Below are positions 11,501 through 24,252 of a DNA stretch of 64,000 nucleotides, one piece after another. This stretch comes from Prasinococcaceae sp. CCMP 1430. Taxonomy: Eukaryota > Plantae > Prasinodermophyta. The stretch lies in contig RQSC01000011.1 in NCBI GenBank assembly GCA_013416795.1, positions 302,320 to 366,319 on the forward strand, read 5' to 3'. The position numbers and the translations under genes are program-made. Within the stretch, counting starts at the first letter, position 1. Each line of letters starts with the position of its first letter. Under the pieces are notes generated by a model, which was not told the origin of the DNA, did no database searches, and saw nothing but the letters and a program-made list of their open reading frames with translations.

Positions 11501-13759
11501 CCTTGCCGCTGCCGCCGCCGAGCGGCTTCGCGACGGCCCACACGCGCGGCTCTCCGCCGACGTCGGAGGTGTCCTCGTCGCCACGCGCACGCGCGGCGGT
11601 CGGCTCCCACTTGGCGATGCGCGCAAAAACGCCCGCAGTAGGCGACTTTGCTTCCGTACTCGCGGCGCCTCGCGCCGCGGCGTCCACGGCCTCGACCATT
11701 TCGTCCCTGCGGCGCATCGCTGCGAGCGTCGACACGTCTGCCGCGGAAACCACTGCATCCACAGTCGCCATGAGCGCGTCCCCGTCGGGGCGGGCGGCGT
11801 CGCCGCCGCCCATCGCGGCGTCTGCCCCAGTGCCACCACAGCAGAGCATCGCGCTCACCACCAACGCGCTGCCCGCACAGGGCACGTCCACGGTTCCCTC
11901 GAGCACCTCGCGCTGCCCTGCGACGCTCACGCGAGAGCCTGTGAGGCGGATGGTCGCGCGCTCGGGTAGCCGCGCGCAGCGCAACGCCACCTCCTGGTTG
12001 AACACCGCCTCCCTGCCTCCGACCAGCGATGGGCGCAGCGTCTTGACGGTCTCGGCATCGGCACCGCCCTCCGCCTCGCCGCAGTCACCGCGCGGTACCG
12101 CGATCTCCATGCGCACGTCCGCGAGAGCGCCGTTGGCGACCAACACTTTCCCGATGGACAGCTTGACCTCGCAGTGCAGCACGGCGTCGTATTCATCTCC
12201 CTCGTCGCCGACGTCATCGCCCCCGACGCCGCCGTTCGCCTCGCCATAGTCCCCGTGAATCACCTCATGATACTCGCGCAGAGAGAGCTCCGACGAACCA
12301 TCGGAGCGAGCGTCGCGCTCGTCGTCCATCTCGTCGTCGCTCTCGATGCCCACGCCGTTCAGTGCGAGCACCAGCGAGGCGTCGATCTCGGTGCCAGCGC
12401 TGTCGAGCATGCGCCAGGGGTGCCCGCCGGCCTCGGCGGCGGAGAGCGCTTCGCGCAGGCCGTCGTCGCCGGCGGCGGCGGCACCTTCGTCGTCCTGCGG
12501 CGGTGTGCGGCCCGCGTCTGCCTCGGGCGCGCCTCCCTCGGCGCGAGCGCTGCCTCCCAGGGTTTGCGCCGTTTCTCCGTCGCCGCCGGCGCCGGCGCCA
12601 ACGACATCGAATGAGAAGGCGAGATCGAGGGGGTCAGGCAGGTCGGACGCCGCGGCGGGGCCGTCGGGCGCAGCGCTGCTCGCGGGCGCGGCGCCACGCT
12701 CGCGCTCGACCGGTGGCGAGTCAGGCGCGTCCCGCATGGCCGCGGTCGCCCTCGCGACGATGCCCCCCGGACCTGCGTCGACGCCCGGGTCGTCGTCGCC
12801 GGCGGCCACCGCCGCCATTCGCGAGCGCAGCTGCCTGCCGCGGCCGATCAGCTGCGTGAGGACATCAGCCGGCGTGCGGACGTGCGCGGACGTCGGCGTG
12901 CGGGGCGGCGCGGCCCAAGTCGCGGGTGTGCCACCCTCGCCGTAGCGGCGCTGGGACCGCGCGCGCGGCGGCGTCAGCGCCGCGGCGCCGGCGGAGGTAC
13001 GGGACGGCTGCGCCGACCGACGCGGGCGTCGACTTGGCCGCGCTGCGCTGCCCCCCCGAGCGCTGGCTCTGCCGCCGCTTGAGTGCGGTGAGCGAGGCGC
13101 TCGGCGGCGCCGCCTTCCGCGTGCTCGGCCTGCTCGCGGCGGGCGTGCGCTCGCGGAGCTCCGCCGCCTCCTCGGTGCCGGCTTCCGAGGCGGCGCCGAA
13201 GGCGCGCATGGCCGCGTGCTTCGCCTCCTGTGTGCTCTCCGGCAGCAGCGGCAGGGTGATGTCGCTGGCGGCCATGTGCTCGTTGAGCTCGAAGCTCGAG
13301 ACAGACGCGAAGTCGAGCTCGAGGCTCAGCTCGACCTCGCCGAGATGCCGCTTGGCGCGCGTTGCGATGGCGTGCGCGCCTCGCAGCGGGCGGTGCGAGT
13401 CGAGGCCCGCGAGCGGCACGCGCACGGCGCCCACCACGCGCGGGCCGGAGGGGTCCAGCACGTGGAGCGTGAGCGCGTTCGCGTCGCGCAGGTAGCGCGA
13501 CATGCTGCGCGGGCCCGCCGTGACGGGGAAGTCGATGTGCAGCAGCGCGCCGCCGCGGGCCTCGGCCTCGGCCGCGCAGAGCGCCTCGGTGCCGCCGCCA
13601 CCGGCCTCCTCGCCCCACCACACGGCGCGCACCGCCATGGGCTCCGGAGCGCCGCGCAGCAGCCATTCCACGCGCCACAGGCTCAGCCGCAGGTGGCCGC
13701 GCGCCGCGCCGCCAACGCGCGGCGGCAGCGCCGCGCCCTCGATGGGCGGCGGGAAACAC
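8508..13759 (-). CDS. C2CD3: C2CD3-like centriolar multi-C2-domain protein (5' end in gap; one frame change near 12870-13100)
   Basis: N-terminus LPPRVGG..RGHLRLSLWRVEW...VRAVWWGE...GPRSMSRYLRD...LGEVELSLEL resembles the C2CD3 N-terminal C2 domain; VLTQLIGRGRQLRSRM resembles its coiled motif; several further C2-like beta segments lie in ORF 8508-12818. Confidence 0.72.
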
Positions 13760-14348
13760 NNNNNNNNNNNNNNNNNNNNNNNNNNNNNNNNNNNNNNNNN
13801 NNNNNNNNNNNNNNNNNNNNNNNNNNNNNNNNNNNNNNNNNNNNNNNNNNNNNNNNNNNNNNNNNNNNNNNNNNNNNNNNNNNNNNNNNNNNNNNNNNNN
13901 NNNNNNNNNNNNNNNNNNNNNNNNNNNNNNNNNNNNNNNNNNNNNNNNNNNNNNNNNNNNNNNNNNNNNNNNNNNNNNNNNNNNNNNNNNNNNNNNNNNN
14001 NNNNNNNNNNNNNNNNNNNNNNNNNNNNNNNNNNNNNNNNNNNNNNNNNNNNNNNNNNNNNNNNNNNNNNNNNNNNNNNNNNNNNNNNNNNNNNNNNNNN
14101 NNNNNNNNNNNNNNNNNNNNNNNNNNNNNNNNNNNNNNNNNNNNNNNNNNNNNNNNNNNNNNNNNNNNNNNNNNNNNNNNNNNNNNNNNNNNNNNNNNNN
14201 NNNNNNNNNNNNNNNNNNNNNNNNNNNNNNNNNNNNNNNNNNNNNNNNNNNNNNNNNNNNNNNNNNNNNNNNNNNNNNNNNNNNNNNNNNNNNNNNNNNN
14301 NNNNNNNNNNNNNNNNNNNNNNNNNNNNNNNNNNNNNNNNNNNNNNNN
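13760..14348. other. Assembly gap (others at 22027-22147, 24694-24871, 61850-61933; single-N joins at 2493, 5084, 59242)
   Basis: Runs of n. Confidence 0.99.
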
Positions 14349-15081
14349 CGGCGCGCGGGCGCGGCCGCGGCGGCGCGTCCGGCGGCTCGGCACTCCATCA
14401 ATTCTGGTGCGGCCTACCCCGCTCCTCCACGAAGGGGCACACCGCCGGCGGGGGACACCGCCGGCGGGGGATCTTTTTCTGGCACGAAGGAGCACCCATC
14501 CGACGCGGACATGCGAAACAGAGCGGGCCAGCCGGGGACTCTCGGCCGGTCCCTTTAGATCAAATCCCAGGGGTGCGATACACGCGTGTGTGGCGGCCGC
14601 CGCGCCACCATGGCGCCCCATGATTCGAGCGAGATCCGTACGGATCGAACGGGCGCGGGCGCACCGCGAGCGCATCGCTGGCGGGGCGGGGGACGAGAGA
14701 GGAGGGACAGGGGGGACGCGGGCGGGCGGGAAGGGGGGGGGGGAGGCTCGGCGCGGCGGCCGGGCGCAGGGCATCGCAAGACCATGTTGGCGGGATTGGC
14801 GATTGCCCGGCACCACAGCGCCGCGCGGCGCAGCGCCGGCGCACGGCGCGGCGGCCCAGCGGCGGCGGCCGCGCGTCCTCTCCCGCGCGCCAAACGCGCG
14901 CACCCGCCCGCACCACGCGCGCACCCGCCTGTGCTCCCCCTCCCCCCTCTATCCCCCCCAACCCGCTCTCTCTCGCGCCCGCACCTTGCGTTGCTCGAGA
15001 CGGGGGGAGCAAGCTAGCGCGCGGACGGCGTGCGTGTCAGCAGGCCGCGCGCGCTCGCACCCAGCTCCGACCGGGCTCGCC

Positions 15082-16505
15082 ATGTCCTTCGACGACGAGT
15101 ATGAGAACGCGTGCACCCACCGGTGCGTCCCGCAGCCGCTCGCCGCGCCGCCCACGCCTGCCAGACGCTCGCGCGCCGCACGCTCCTCGCAATCAGGACG
15201 ACCGCGCGCGTCGTGCGACCAACGGGAGGAGCGAATCGCTTACGCTCGGATGCCCCCGCCCCTCCCTTCCATCCCATCACACCCTCCCCCCCCTCGCCGC
15301 ACACACCCATCCGCCCGCCCCCCGCGCCCTCACGCCCGCGCGCGCCTGCGCGCGCCTGCGCGCACGCTCTCCTGCGCTCCTTCGCCCAATCCAGATCGTG
15401 CTCGTGCGCCATGCCGTGCCACACGAGCGTGTTCTTCTCGTGGTTGTGGGTCGGTTCGCTGGTGGTCTTTGGCGGGCTGGAGCTGTGGCAGGCGCTGTGG
15501 TGGGGACACACGTTCGGCGTGGTGGTGGGTGCAGCAACGCTCGCATGCGGCGCCGTGCAATTGCACGACCACGCCAAGAAGCCGCGGGCGGGCGCGGCGC
15601 GAGCACCCGGCGACGCAGGGGGCAACGGCGGCTTTTCGTCCACCGACGCACCCCACCAGCAGAGCGCGCCCTCCGTCGACATCGAGCGGGCGCAGTCCTC
15701 GCCGCCGGCCGCTGCCGACAACGCCGCGGCCGAGTCGTCGCGCGAGGCGAGCGTCTCTGCCAAGACCTGCGCGTTCGAGGCCATCCGCGCCGGCCAATGG
15801 TGCGAGAAGGTCTTTGTGCGCGTGGCCATGCTGCTGCTGCTCTTCATGAGCATTGCGCTGCTGATGGTGCGCGTGTCGAGCCTCGACCGCGCGGGGCACG
15901 ACACCTTCCCCGCGGCCTGCCCGCCGGAGCTTCTGCCAAATGCGTGCGTGCGCGTAGCGTACACATCGCCGAACTTAAGCGGCGGCGCGGCGCCTCCGAC
16001 GCTGCTGCACGCATCGCCACACATGGCGGCGCACTCGCTGCAGGCGTGGACGAAACGGAAACGCGGCGTGACTCTGCTCGACGTCCGGGAGGACCCGCTG
16101 GCGCCCGCGGCGGAGCACGGCTCCGTGAGTGGGAATACCAGCCTGCTCGTGCGCCTTCGCTTCATTGACCCCGTTCTCGCGACGGCCGATGACGGGTACG
16201 TGGCCTTGTGGCGCGTAGATGACCCGACGGGCGAGGTTGGCTGCACGCGCACGGCCGTCCAGGTGCAGCTCGAAGCGCGCATTGGCATCGAGCGCAGTGC
16301 CAACCTCAAGAGGTACGAGAAGCAGACCCGGAACATGCTCATCGACGAGTATGGCCAAGCCGCGGGCGGAAATACGTGCGAACGGCAGCAGGAGCTGAAG
16401 GAGGAGGAGGAGGAGGACTACGAGGATGGGGAGGACGAGCAGGAGAGGAGCGGAATGACACACAAGCGCCAAGCGGGCTGGAGGCGCAGTTGGGGGGTAG
16501 GGTGA
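15082..16505 (+). CDS. Membrane protein with a C-terminal DUF1499-like domain (exons 15082-15122, 15395-16505)
   Basis: Three hydrophobic helices; CP....PNACV, then RLRF..P....DD and EARIG....NLKR pattern; GT-AG intron keeps the frame. Confidence 0.55.
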
Positions 16506-16626
16506 AGTGCGCGCGAAAAGCGGCACAGCACCGCAGCGCGGGCGCACTGAGCCCTCGCGCGCCCCGCCCATTTCAGCCGCGAGGGCGTTCGACCGGAGTA
16601 ATATTGTTCAAATGCATTCGTGCGCG

Positions 16627-19600
16627 TCATATTCGCAGCAGCCTGCACGCAGGCCTCCTGGGCGCGTCTTCGAGCTTTCCTCTCCTGACGAGCGCGGGCC
16701 CCGCCGGCAAGGCGAGCGGGTGCTCGGCGCTCTGGTCCGGAGCTCGCGAGCGCCTGCGCGAAGCGGGCGTGCTCGGAGGACCGTCGGCACGCTCGCGGCG
16801 CATCAGGCGTGGGAGCGATGCGTCCTGGCGGCCCGGCGACGCCGCGGCACCAGCATGGAGCGACGCGGCCGAGGCCGCGTTGGTGTCGCCTATCGCGAGG
16901 GGCTCCCTCACGCGCGTGAGCAGCATGAGGCCGTGCTCCTCGTCGTGCCCAAAATCGTGCTGCGGGCGACCGCGCCAGCGCACGTGCCTGCCTGGCAGGA
17001 GAATGTCGCACTGCGCAGAGCCGTCGATCACTTGCGTTGGGGTGGTCGACGGCGGGTCCCGCTCGCTGTGCTCCGCGAGGTCCACCGGCGGCTGCCCCTT
17101 CACAAACGCGGAGGCGGGCGGTGCCCTGGGCTCATCCTGATGCATCTGCGGAGGTGCCTGCATCGCGGCTTCCTTGGCCGCCTCTGCAGCTGCAGCGGCA
17201 AACCCGCGGATGGCAGCGAGCTCCACGCCAACCTCTCTCGCTGCCGCGGCCATGGCCGCCGCGGACGCGCGGAGTGAGGAAATCTCGGCATCGAGCACAG
17301 ACGCGGCGCCCCCACCAGCGCCTGAGTCCGAGGTGACCCGACCGGCGGCAGGGAGGTCCAGCTCGGCGGTGCCGCCACTCTCGTCGCGAGCTTCGTTGCT
17401 GACCTCCTCGACGGAGCCCTGCACCGGCTCATCGCCCGACCCGGCGGTCTCCGCGCTGTCGCTCGGGGCCGCCGTGATGACGGGCGAGAACTGCGCGAGA
17501 GGCTGAGCTCCCAGCCCCGGGACGCCCCGCGCCGCCTCGGCCGCGGTCGCCGCGCCCGATGAGGCGACCCTCATCTGAACGTTGGGCGTCGACACGACGC
17601 CTGCGGTGCGAACAAAGGTGAGCTTCCTCACGGTCGCATCAGCCTGATCTGCGAGCGCCGGCGCCGACGCTGGTGCCACGCTCGCAGGCGTGTGGAGTGC
17701 GGCGTCGCTCGGCTCGTCGCGCGAATGGAGCCCCGGCAGCGGTGGCGGCATCTGCGACGCCTCCTCCACGATCGCGTCCGAGATCGCGTCCACGACTGCT
17801 CCTGTGTCGACCGAAGCCTCGGATGCGCCGGACGCCCCCGAGGCGCCCGACCTTGCCGATGCGCCTGAGTCAGCAGGGGAGTGCAGGGCGCTCTCAAAGC
17901 CGTCCGATACGCTCGCTGCGCCCGCGGCATCCGCGCGAGCTCCCGCGGCATCCGCGCGAACTGCCGCGAGCTCAGAGGGGGCGCTTGGACCAGCGTCGGG
18001 CGACGCCGTGTTTGCTGGCGAGTTCGAGGCACCGTCGGAGCCGTGTTCACCAGGCGATCCTCCCACACTGCCAGCCTCGCCATCGGGCGCGGCTGCAGTG
18101 CGCTCGCGCGCGTTTCTCTGTCGCTCGGCTCGACCGGATGTCGCCGACCTTGGGAGGCGCTTGATGCCCAGCATGCGGGCCCCTGCCACGGACATGCTTG
18201 GGGACATGTTGACGGCGCGCGCATCCGCGACCTGCAAGGCGGACGACGGCGAGGCGGCAACGGCGGGCGCAGGCGTGGCGGGCTCTGTGGACGCGCCAGC
18301 GAGCGTCGCGAGCGATGCGAGCGTGCTGGCGCGCAGGTCGACCGCCACAGCCACCGGGCTCGGGGCCTCTCGCTGCAGGCGCTGCAGGCGCTGCAGGCGC
18401 TCCTGCCGCGTCCGCGCGACGGGCGTGTGGTCCTCGTCGGGCGTCGCTGCGGCCGCTGCGGCTGTCGCTGCCGCGGCGTCGGCTTCGAGCTCCGACCTGT
18501 CTGCATCGACGACCATGTCACGCGCAACGGCGTCGGCCTCCGATGCGCCGCCGGGCGCGTCGTTGCGAACGCGGCGCAACGTGGGGACATCAAACAGGCC
18601 ACGACGAGCACCGCCCTTGCGCGCCTCGAGGCGCTCTACCTCGGCGCGCGCCGTCGCCGCCAAGTCGTCGAAGCCCAGCTCGACCGCCGCCACATACACC
18701 TCCGAGAGCGCCGCCACCGAGCAGTTCGAGGCAGCGAGCTCCAGCGCGGGTTGCAGCAGGGGCGGATCCAACGAGAGCAACGCATCGATCAGCTGTCGAA
18801 GCACGTGCGCGCCAAAGCTCAACGCGTCGCCACCCGCATCCTCCAGCGCGCCGGCGAGCGCATTGGCCACACGCACGAGATCGACGACCCCAACGAGCGC
18901 GTCTTCGTCGCCGTCCCCATCGGCAGTGCCGACGTCGCCTCCGACGGCGATGTGGTAGCCGGCTTCCTCAAGATCGCGCAAAAGCAAGCTCGAGAGAGAT
19001 GCCAGCGCAAAGGCGCGCCTGTTCGCGCTGGCAATGGCAACGCACACGTCAACTGCCTCGCTGATTGCGCCGGCACTCGCATAGTGCTCTGCGAGCGCCT
19101 CGGGCGTCGTCGGGCCCACGAAGTGGACCAGCGCAGGCGGACCAGCCGACGGCGACACCAGGGCGAGCTCGGCGGTGTCGGTGCCCTCCCAACACGCCAG
19201 GCCGCGCGCCGGGCGGTCGCCATCGCCATCGCCGCCACCGCCATCGCCTGCGTGAGGGCGTGCATCGCCTTCGAGCCCTCCGGCGTCGACCAGCACCGAC
19301 GCCGCCGGTACTCGGCTCTGGTTGAGAGCGAGCAGCGGGACGAGGCACGCGTCCAGCACGCACACCTCGCCAGTGGCCGCCAGGGCCAGAAGGACGCCCC
19401 CGTCCGGGTGCCAGCAGAGCGCTTCCACGCTGCCGCCTAGGGGCATTTGGCCGTGGGAGCGCGCGCGCCCGCGCTCCCTCTCTGGGTGCGCGCCCGAGTC
19501 CGCCGTCGCGCTACGCCCGTCGACGGTGGCGAGCCCGCCGCGGGCGCCGCCGAGCGCGAGGATGTGCAGCGAAGGGCTCCATGCAGCCGCGCCGGCGGGC

Positions 19601-20610
19601 CAGCCCAGGTGCACGCCCGACGCGCCCGTCTCCCACGCCGCAACCGAGCACTGCATCGACAGCGCGGGGCCGGCCGCGCCCTCGGCCTCGCCCGCGTCCG
19701 CGAGCGACGCGACGCCCGCGCGGACGCCGCCATCGGCGGAGGAGAGGACGTACCCGACCGCCGTCGTCGCTGCAGCGGGGGTGGAGGCGGAAGGGGTATT
19801 CGCGAGCGCCTCGCACGCCGCGATCGCGCAGACGCCTTCGAAGACCTTCCCCCCGCAAAGCTCTGTGCGCTCTGCTCCGACGCGCAGGGCGCTCAGCCGC
19901 CCCTCAGCGTCGCGGAGCACCGCCGCCGCGAGGAGGGCGTACGAGCCCGTCGCGGCGCCCGCGCCTTGGCGGACGAGCGCGAAGAGGCGTTCGCCGTCAG
20001 CGCTCACGCTCACGTCAAGCACCTCCTCACTCACACGCGCGGTCACCGCACTCGCGCCGTCGCGCTCGACGGCCTCGGATGCTCCGGAGGCCGCGCAGCG
20101 CGTCCGCGCCTCCGAGAGCGCTCGCATTGCGGCGTCCCAGCCCGCGCCTGCGGCCTGTCGCCGCGCGAGACCGACCACGCAGCTCCCGCGGGCCTCGGCG
20201 CCGTCGCCGCCAGCCCCCGCGCGCTCGGGCAGGAAGCCGATTGCGACCGCGTCGGCCGACGCGCAGAAGGCCGCCGCTCGCGCGCCGCCCGTTGGCTGCC
20301 GCGCGCGCTGCTCTTGCTGCGGCCGTCGCTCCTCTTGCGAAGCGAGGGCTGCGTGCGCGACGACCGCATCGGCGGCGCTGTCGAGGCGCGCCCCGCCGCT
20401 CCCCTTGGCGAAGAGCAGCGTGGCCACGCGCGCGTCGCCGAGCGCAACCTCGACGCCGCCGCGGAGGGACGCGTTGGTCGAGCGCACGGGCCACGTGGCG
20501 AGGGCCCCCGCGCCCCCGGCCGCGAGGGCCGAGCGCAGCGCGCAGCCGTTGCGGAGACCGTGACGGCCGCCCCTGCTCCACGCGCGCGCCGCGGCCGCCG
20601 CGCGTTCCCG
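16627..20610 (-). CDS. WDPCP: WDPCP/Fritz-like WD-repeat ciliogenesis (CPLANE) protein with long low-complexity tail; start codon not located
   Basis: WHPDGGVLLAL...GEVCVLDACLVPL and C-terminal LL....ALELAA....AL..VY..A..LG..DLA..AR helices resemble WDPCP. Confidence 0.65.
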   Translation of the reverse strand, partial: RERAAAAARAWSRGGRHGLRNGCALRSALAAGGAGALATWPVRSTNASLRGGVEVALGDARVATLLFAKGSGGARLDSAADAVVAHAALASQEERRPQQEQRARQPTGGARAAAFCASADAVAIGFLPERAGAGGDGAEARGSCVVGLARRQAAGAGWDAAMRALSEARTRCAASGASEAVERDGASAVTARVSEEVLDVSVSADGERLFALVRQGAGAATGSYALLAAAVLRDAEGRLSALRVGAERTELCGGKVFEGVCAIAACEALANTPSASTPAAATTAVGYVLSSADGGVRAGVASLADAGEAEGAAGPALSMQCSVAAWETGASGVHLGWPAGAAAWSPSLHILALGGARGGLATVDGRSATADSGAHPERERGRARSHGQMPLGGSVEALCWHPDGGVLLALAATGEVCVLDACLVPLLALNQSRVPAASVLVDAGGLEGDARPHAGDGGGGDGDGDRPARGLACWEGTDTAELALVSPSAGPPALVHFVGPTTPEALAEHYASAGAISEAVDVCVAIASANRRAFALASLSSLLLRDLEEAGYHIAVGGDVGTADGDGDEDALVGVVDLVRVANALAGALEDAGGDALSFGAHVLRQLIDALLSLDPPLLQPALELAASNCSVAALSEVYVAAVELGFDDLAATARAEVERLEARKGGARRGLFDVPTLRRVRNDAPGGASEADAVARDMVVDADRSELEADAAAATAAAAAATPDEDHTPVARTRQERLQRLQRLQREAPSPVAVAVDLRASTLASLATLAGASTEPATPAPAVAASPSSALQVADARAVNMSPSMSVAGARMLGIKRLPRSATSGRAERQRNARERTAAAPDGEAGSVGGSPGEHGSDGASNSPANTASPDAGPSAPSELAAVRADAAGARADAAGAASVSDGFESALHSPADSGASARSGASGASGASEASVDTGAVVDAISDAIVEEASQMPPPLPGLHSRDEPSDAALHTPASVAPASAPALADQADATVRKLTFVRTAGVVSTPNVQMRVASSGAATAAEAARGVPGLGAQPLAQFSPVITAAPSDSAETAGSGDEPVQGSVEEVSNEARDESGGTAELDLPAAGRVTSDSGAGGGAASVLDAEISSLRASAAAMAAAAREVGVELAAIRGFAAAAAEAAKEAAMQAPPQMHQDEPRAPPASAFVKGQPPVDLAEHSERDPPSTTPTQVIDGSAQCDILLPGRHVRWRGRPQHDFGHDEEHGLMLLTRVREPLAIGDTNAASAASLHAGAAASPGRQDASLPRLMRRERADGPPSTPASRRRSRAPDQSAEHPLALPAGPALVRRGKLEDAPRRPACRLLRI

Positions 20611-22147
20611 AAAGGGGAACGGCCCAAACGGAATCCCAATCTTACCCAAATCTGTATGCGAATCCCCACGTGGCTCACACAAACTAGCAGCAGTTGAATC
20701 TCGACGTTTGGATTCGCACTGTTTGCGGATGCAATCGAGGCGACCCGCAGGCAGCTCTGTCTCCGTCGTCGCGCCCCGTCGCCAGTCGCTGCTCGCAGCT
20801 GCTGCGATTGGATCGGTTCCGAACTTCGGATGCTCCCGTGTTTAGGTTACACAGGATCGGGGTTTTAGGTTTATGCACTCTTCGAAAAAGGGTTCGCTGG
20901 AGCTGCACGCGATGGCGAGCTGGTCGAGCTGGATCTGGCGGTGGTGGTCGAAGGGCACTCCGACCTCGTCATGCTCGGCACATTGGTTGGTTGGTTGGCG
21001 CCACGGAGTGCTCATCACGGCGTGGTGCGTGCGGGCGGCGACATCGACAAAACGTGCGCGCGTGCGCGCGCCACCTGCGTCGATGGATGGCGGGTCGGCG
21101 CGTCCGTCTGCAGCGCGCGCGGCTCTTCCGCGCCCCTCTTCTCTTCTCCCCTCTCCCCACCCCACCACCACCACCACCCGCTTGCCTGCCTCTCCCTGCC
21201 CCCCGCCTGCGCACGCGCGTCCCCGCCCCCCCCGTCAGCTCCGCGGTCCGTCCCTCGCCGCCCGGCGCGGGGGGGCGCGCACGCGCTTTTCAAACGCCGG
21301 GCCGGCGGCCGCGGGGGAACGGCTACGCGGAACGGCTACGCTGAATGGGCTGCATGGGGAACGGCGAGCCGCGGTGGGGCGGCGCGCCCAACACCGACCC
21401 AACAACAGCAGCGCGCGCGCGCTCGGCCGGCGCGCGCCAATCGAAACCCAATCCCTCCGCTCGCGCTTTCAGGTCGTCCAAGTATTAGGGTTCGTCCGTG
21501 CGCTCGATCGATCGCGATCGACCCCCTCTCGCTCCCCCCGACCGACTCCGCGCCCACCCTCCCTCCTCCCTCTTGCTCCATCCATGCATGCCCCCCCTCC
21601 CACCCCCGCACCCCCCCGCCTGCTCCTGCCTGCCTGCGCCCGCCACCTCGCAACCCCCTCCCGCCCTCTCCTGGCTGACCCCCTCGTCACGCTCACTCAT
21701 CGACCCATCCACCCAACGCCCGCGCCCAACAGCGCCAACGCCCGCGCCCGCGGCGCCAGGCGAATCGCCCACTCGCCCAATCGCCCAATCGCCCAATCGC
21801 CGCTTCGCCGCCGCCTCCTCCGCGCGTGTGTCGTTTTGCCCATCCAATTGTGTGGCGCAGATTTGCCGAGGCGGGCGCCACACAGCAGCGGCGCCGTCCA
21901 TCGGCGGCGGCGCGGCCCCGGCCCCGTCCCGGGAGGCGCTCGCGTTCAGATCACCAGGATTCGATCCAGAATTGGCCGCGGGCGAGCGAGCGCGGCGGCC
22001 GCGCGCGCGCGCGCGAGCCGAGAAAANNNNNNNNNNNNNNNNNNNNNNNNNNNNNNNNNNNNNNNNNNNNNNNNNNNNNNNNNNNNNNNNNNNNNNNNNN
22101 NNNNNNNNNNNNNNNNNNNNNNNNNNNNNNNNNNNNNNNNNNNNNNN

Positions 22148-23491
22148 CCGCTCGGCCGCCGCGCCCACGCGCCGCGTGGCCGCCAAGGCCGCCGAGGGCG
22201 CGGAGCTCCTCCAGCAGATGGGCCTCGGCCCCTGCCTCAAGGGGAAGCGCGCCTTCGTCGCTGGCGTCGCCGATGACCAGGGTTTCGGGTGGGCGGTGCG
22301 TCGCGCGCGCCCCCGCCGCGAGCGCCGCCGCCGCAGCACGGGAGGCTGGCGGGCGGGCCGATGGGCGATGCCCCCCTCTTTCCAACCCCTCACCCCACCC
22401 CCCACCGCGACCCCAGCCCCAGCCCCACGCCCACCCCTCCCCTGGCGTCACTGCCCTTGCTTTCAAGCGCCGCCGCAGCGCCTCGCGGCCGAGCCGATCG
22501 CCCCCCCCCCCTGCGCTTGCTCATGCTGACGCGCGGCGCCCGCTCCCTCTCCGGCGTTTCCCGCGCCTCGCGCCGCGGTCCGCTCCCCCAACCCACCCCT
22601 TCGTCTTTCCCGCGACAGATCTCCAAGGCGCTCGCCGACGCCGGCGCCGAGATCATCCTCGGCACGTGGGTGCCCGCGCTGAACATCTTCGAGACGTCGA
22701 TGCGCCGCGGCAAGTTCGATGAGAACCGCAAGCTGTCCGACGGCTCGATGCTCGAATTCGCCAAGGTGTACGGCCTCGACGCCGTGTACGACACCCCCGA
22801 GGACGTCCCCGAGGACGTCGCCACCAACAAGCGCTACGCCGCAGCCCCCAACTTCACCGTGAGCGAGGTCGCCGAGCAGGTCAAGGAGGACTTCGGCTCC
22901 ATCGACATCGTGGTGCACTCGCTCGCCAACGGCCCGGAGGTGGCCAAGCCGCTCCTCGAGACGTCGCGCGCGGGCTACCTGGCGGCCGTGTCGGCCTCGT
23001 CCTTCTCGATGGTGTCGCTCGTGCAGCGCTTCGGCCCCATCATGAACCCGGGCGGCGCGGTGATCTCGCTCACCTACCTCGCCTCGGAGGCCGTCATCCC
23101 GGGCTACGGCGGCGGCATGAGCAGCGCCAAGGCCGCCCTCGAGAGCGACACCAAGGTCCTCGCCTACGAGGCCGGCCGCAAGTTCGGCGTGCGCGTCAAC
23201 ACCATCTCGGCGGGGCCGCTGGGCAGCCGCGCGGCGAGGGCCATCGGCTTCATCGACTCGATGATCGCCTACAGCTACGAGAACGCGCCGCTCAACGAGA
23301 AGCCGCTCTACGCGCAGGAGGTCGGCAACGTGGCGGCCTTCCTGTGTTCGCCGATGGCCAGCGCCGTCACGGGCACGTGCGTCTACGTCGACAACGGGCT
23401 GCACGCCATGGGTCTCGCCGGCGACTCGCAGGCGCTCAACGAGGCCGTCGAGGCCGAGAAGGAGAAGAAGCTCGCCAAGGCGACCAAGTAA
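22148..23491 (+). CDS. fabI: Plastid enoyl-ACP reductase (exons <22148-22295, 22619-23491; 5' end in gap)
   Basis: [20 protein letters not shown]|[29 protein letters not shown] and [14 protein letters not shown] motifs. Confidence 0.95.
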
Positions 23492-23877
23492 TGTGACTGA
23501 AAGTACTGTACATGAGGGTGGGGGGCAGGGTGCCGGGTCGCAAATGGAGACGGATGTTCTGAAGAAGCTTCTCGCGGCGCGCAGGGGGGGGCAGACGCAG
23601 CAGCCGGGCAGCCGGCCGGCCAGAGCCGCACCACCGACGCCCAGCCACGGAAGTGATGCCCGTGCGCCCTGGGGCGCGCGCACACACACACGCAGCCCGT
23701 TTGGCGGGAGCGCGCCCGCGCCGCCTCAGCGCGGCGCTGTCGTGGCTGCGCTGGGCGAACACACGCACAATTAAGACCGGCGAAGCACGCGAGCAGCGCA
23801 GCCGCGCGACCGCAAGAGGGCAGGCCGGAGCGGCGCGCGCGCGCCCGTGCACGGGCGCGCTGGTGCCTCTGGCCGCC

Positions 23878-24252
23878 TCAGTCCTGCTTGGCCCGCTTGT
23901 TGTCCGAAGCATAGAGAGCGAGCACTGGCGCGCCGGCTGCTCGCCTCGCGGCCGCCCACGCCGCCAGCGGCACGAAGGGCGCGAATGCGATCCACAGACC
24001 CTCGCCCGTGCCCGCCGCGGGAAAAGCTCGCTCGACGGCGTAGCTGACGGCGCACAGGGCGGCGCCGGCCGCCCAGATCCACGACACCACACGCTCATCC
24101 AAGGGCTCGACTGGGATGGCGCCCTCCGGTCCGCCGGCGGCTCTGTCCGGCGGAGGGGCGGGGGTGGTTGCTGCCGCTGCGCTCGCGGCGGTTGCAGTGG
24201 TTACGACCGCACCGCGCTCGCGCCCGCGCTCGCGCGCCTCCTCGGTCGGCAT
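23878..24252 (-). CDS. Small hypothetical protein with two transmembrane segments
   Basis: ATG-initiated ORF with hydrophobic segments VVSWIWAAGAALCAVSY and GLWIAFAPFVPLAAW. Confidence 0.4.
   Translation of the reverse strand: MPTEEARERGRERGAVVTTATAASAAAATTPAPPPDRAAGGPEGAIPVEPLDERVVSWIWAAGAALCAVSYAVERAFPAAGTGEGLWIAFAPFVPLAAWAAARRAAGAPVLALYASDNKRAKQD

Noticed and set aside
20690-21060. Possible C/D snoRNA or short ORF upstream of WDPCP
   Set aside because: Only a TGATGA word on the minus strand, with no convincing D box or terminal stem.
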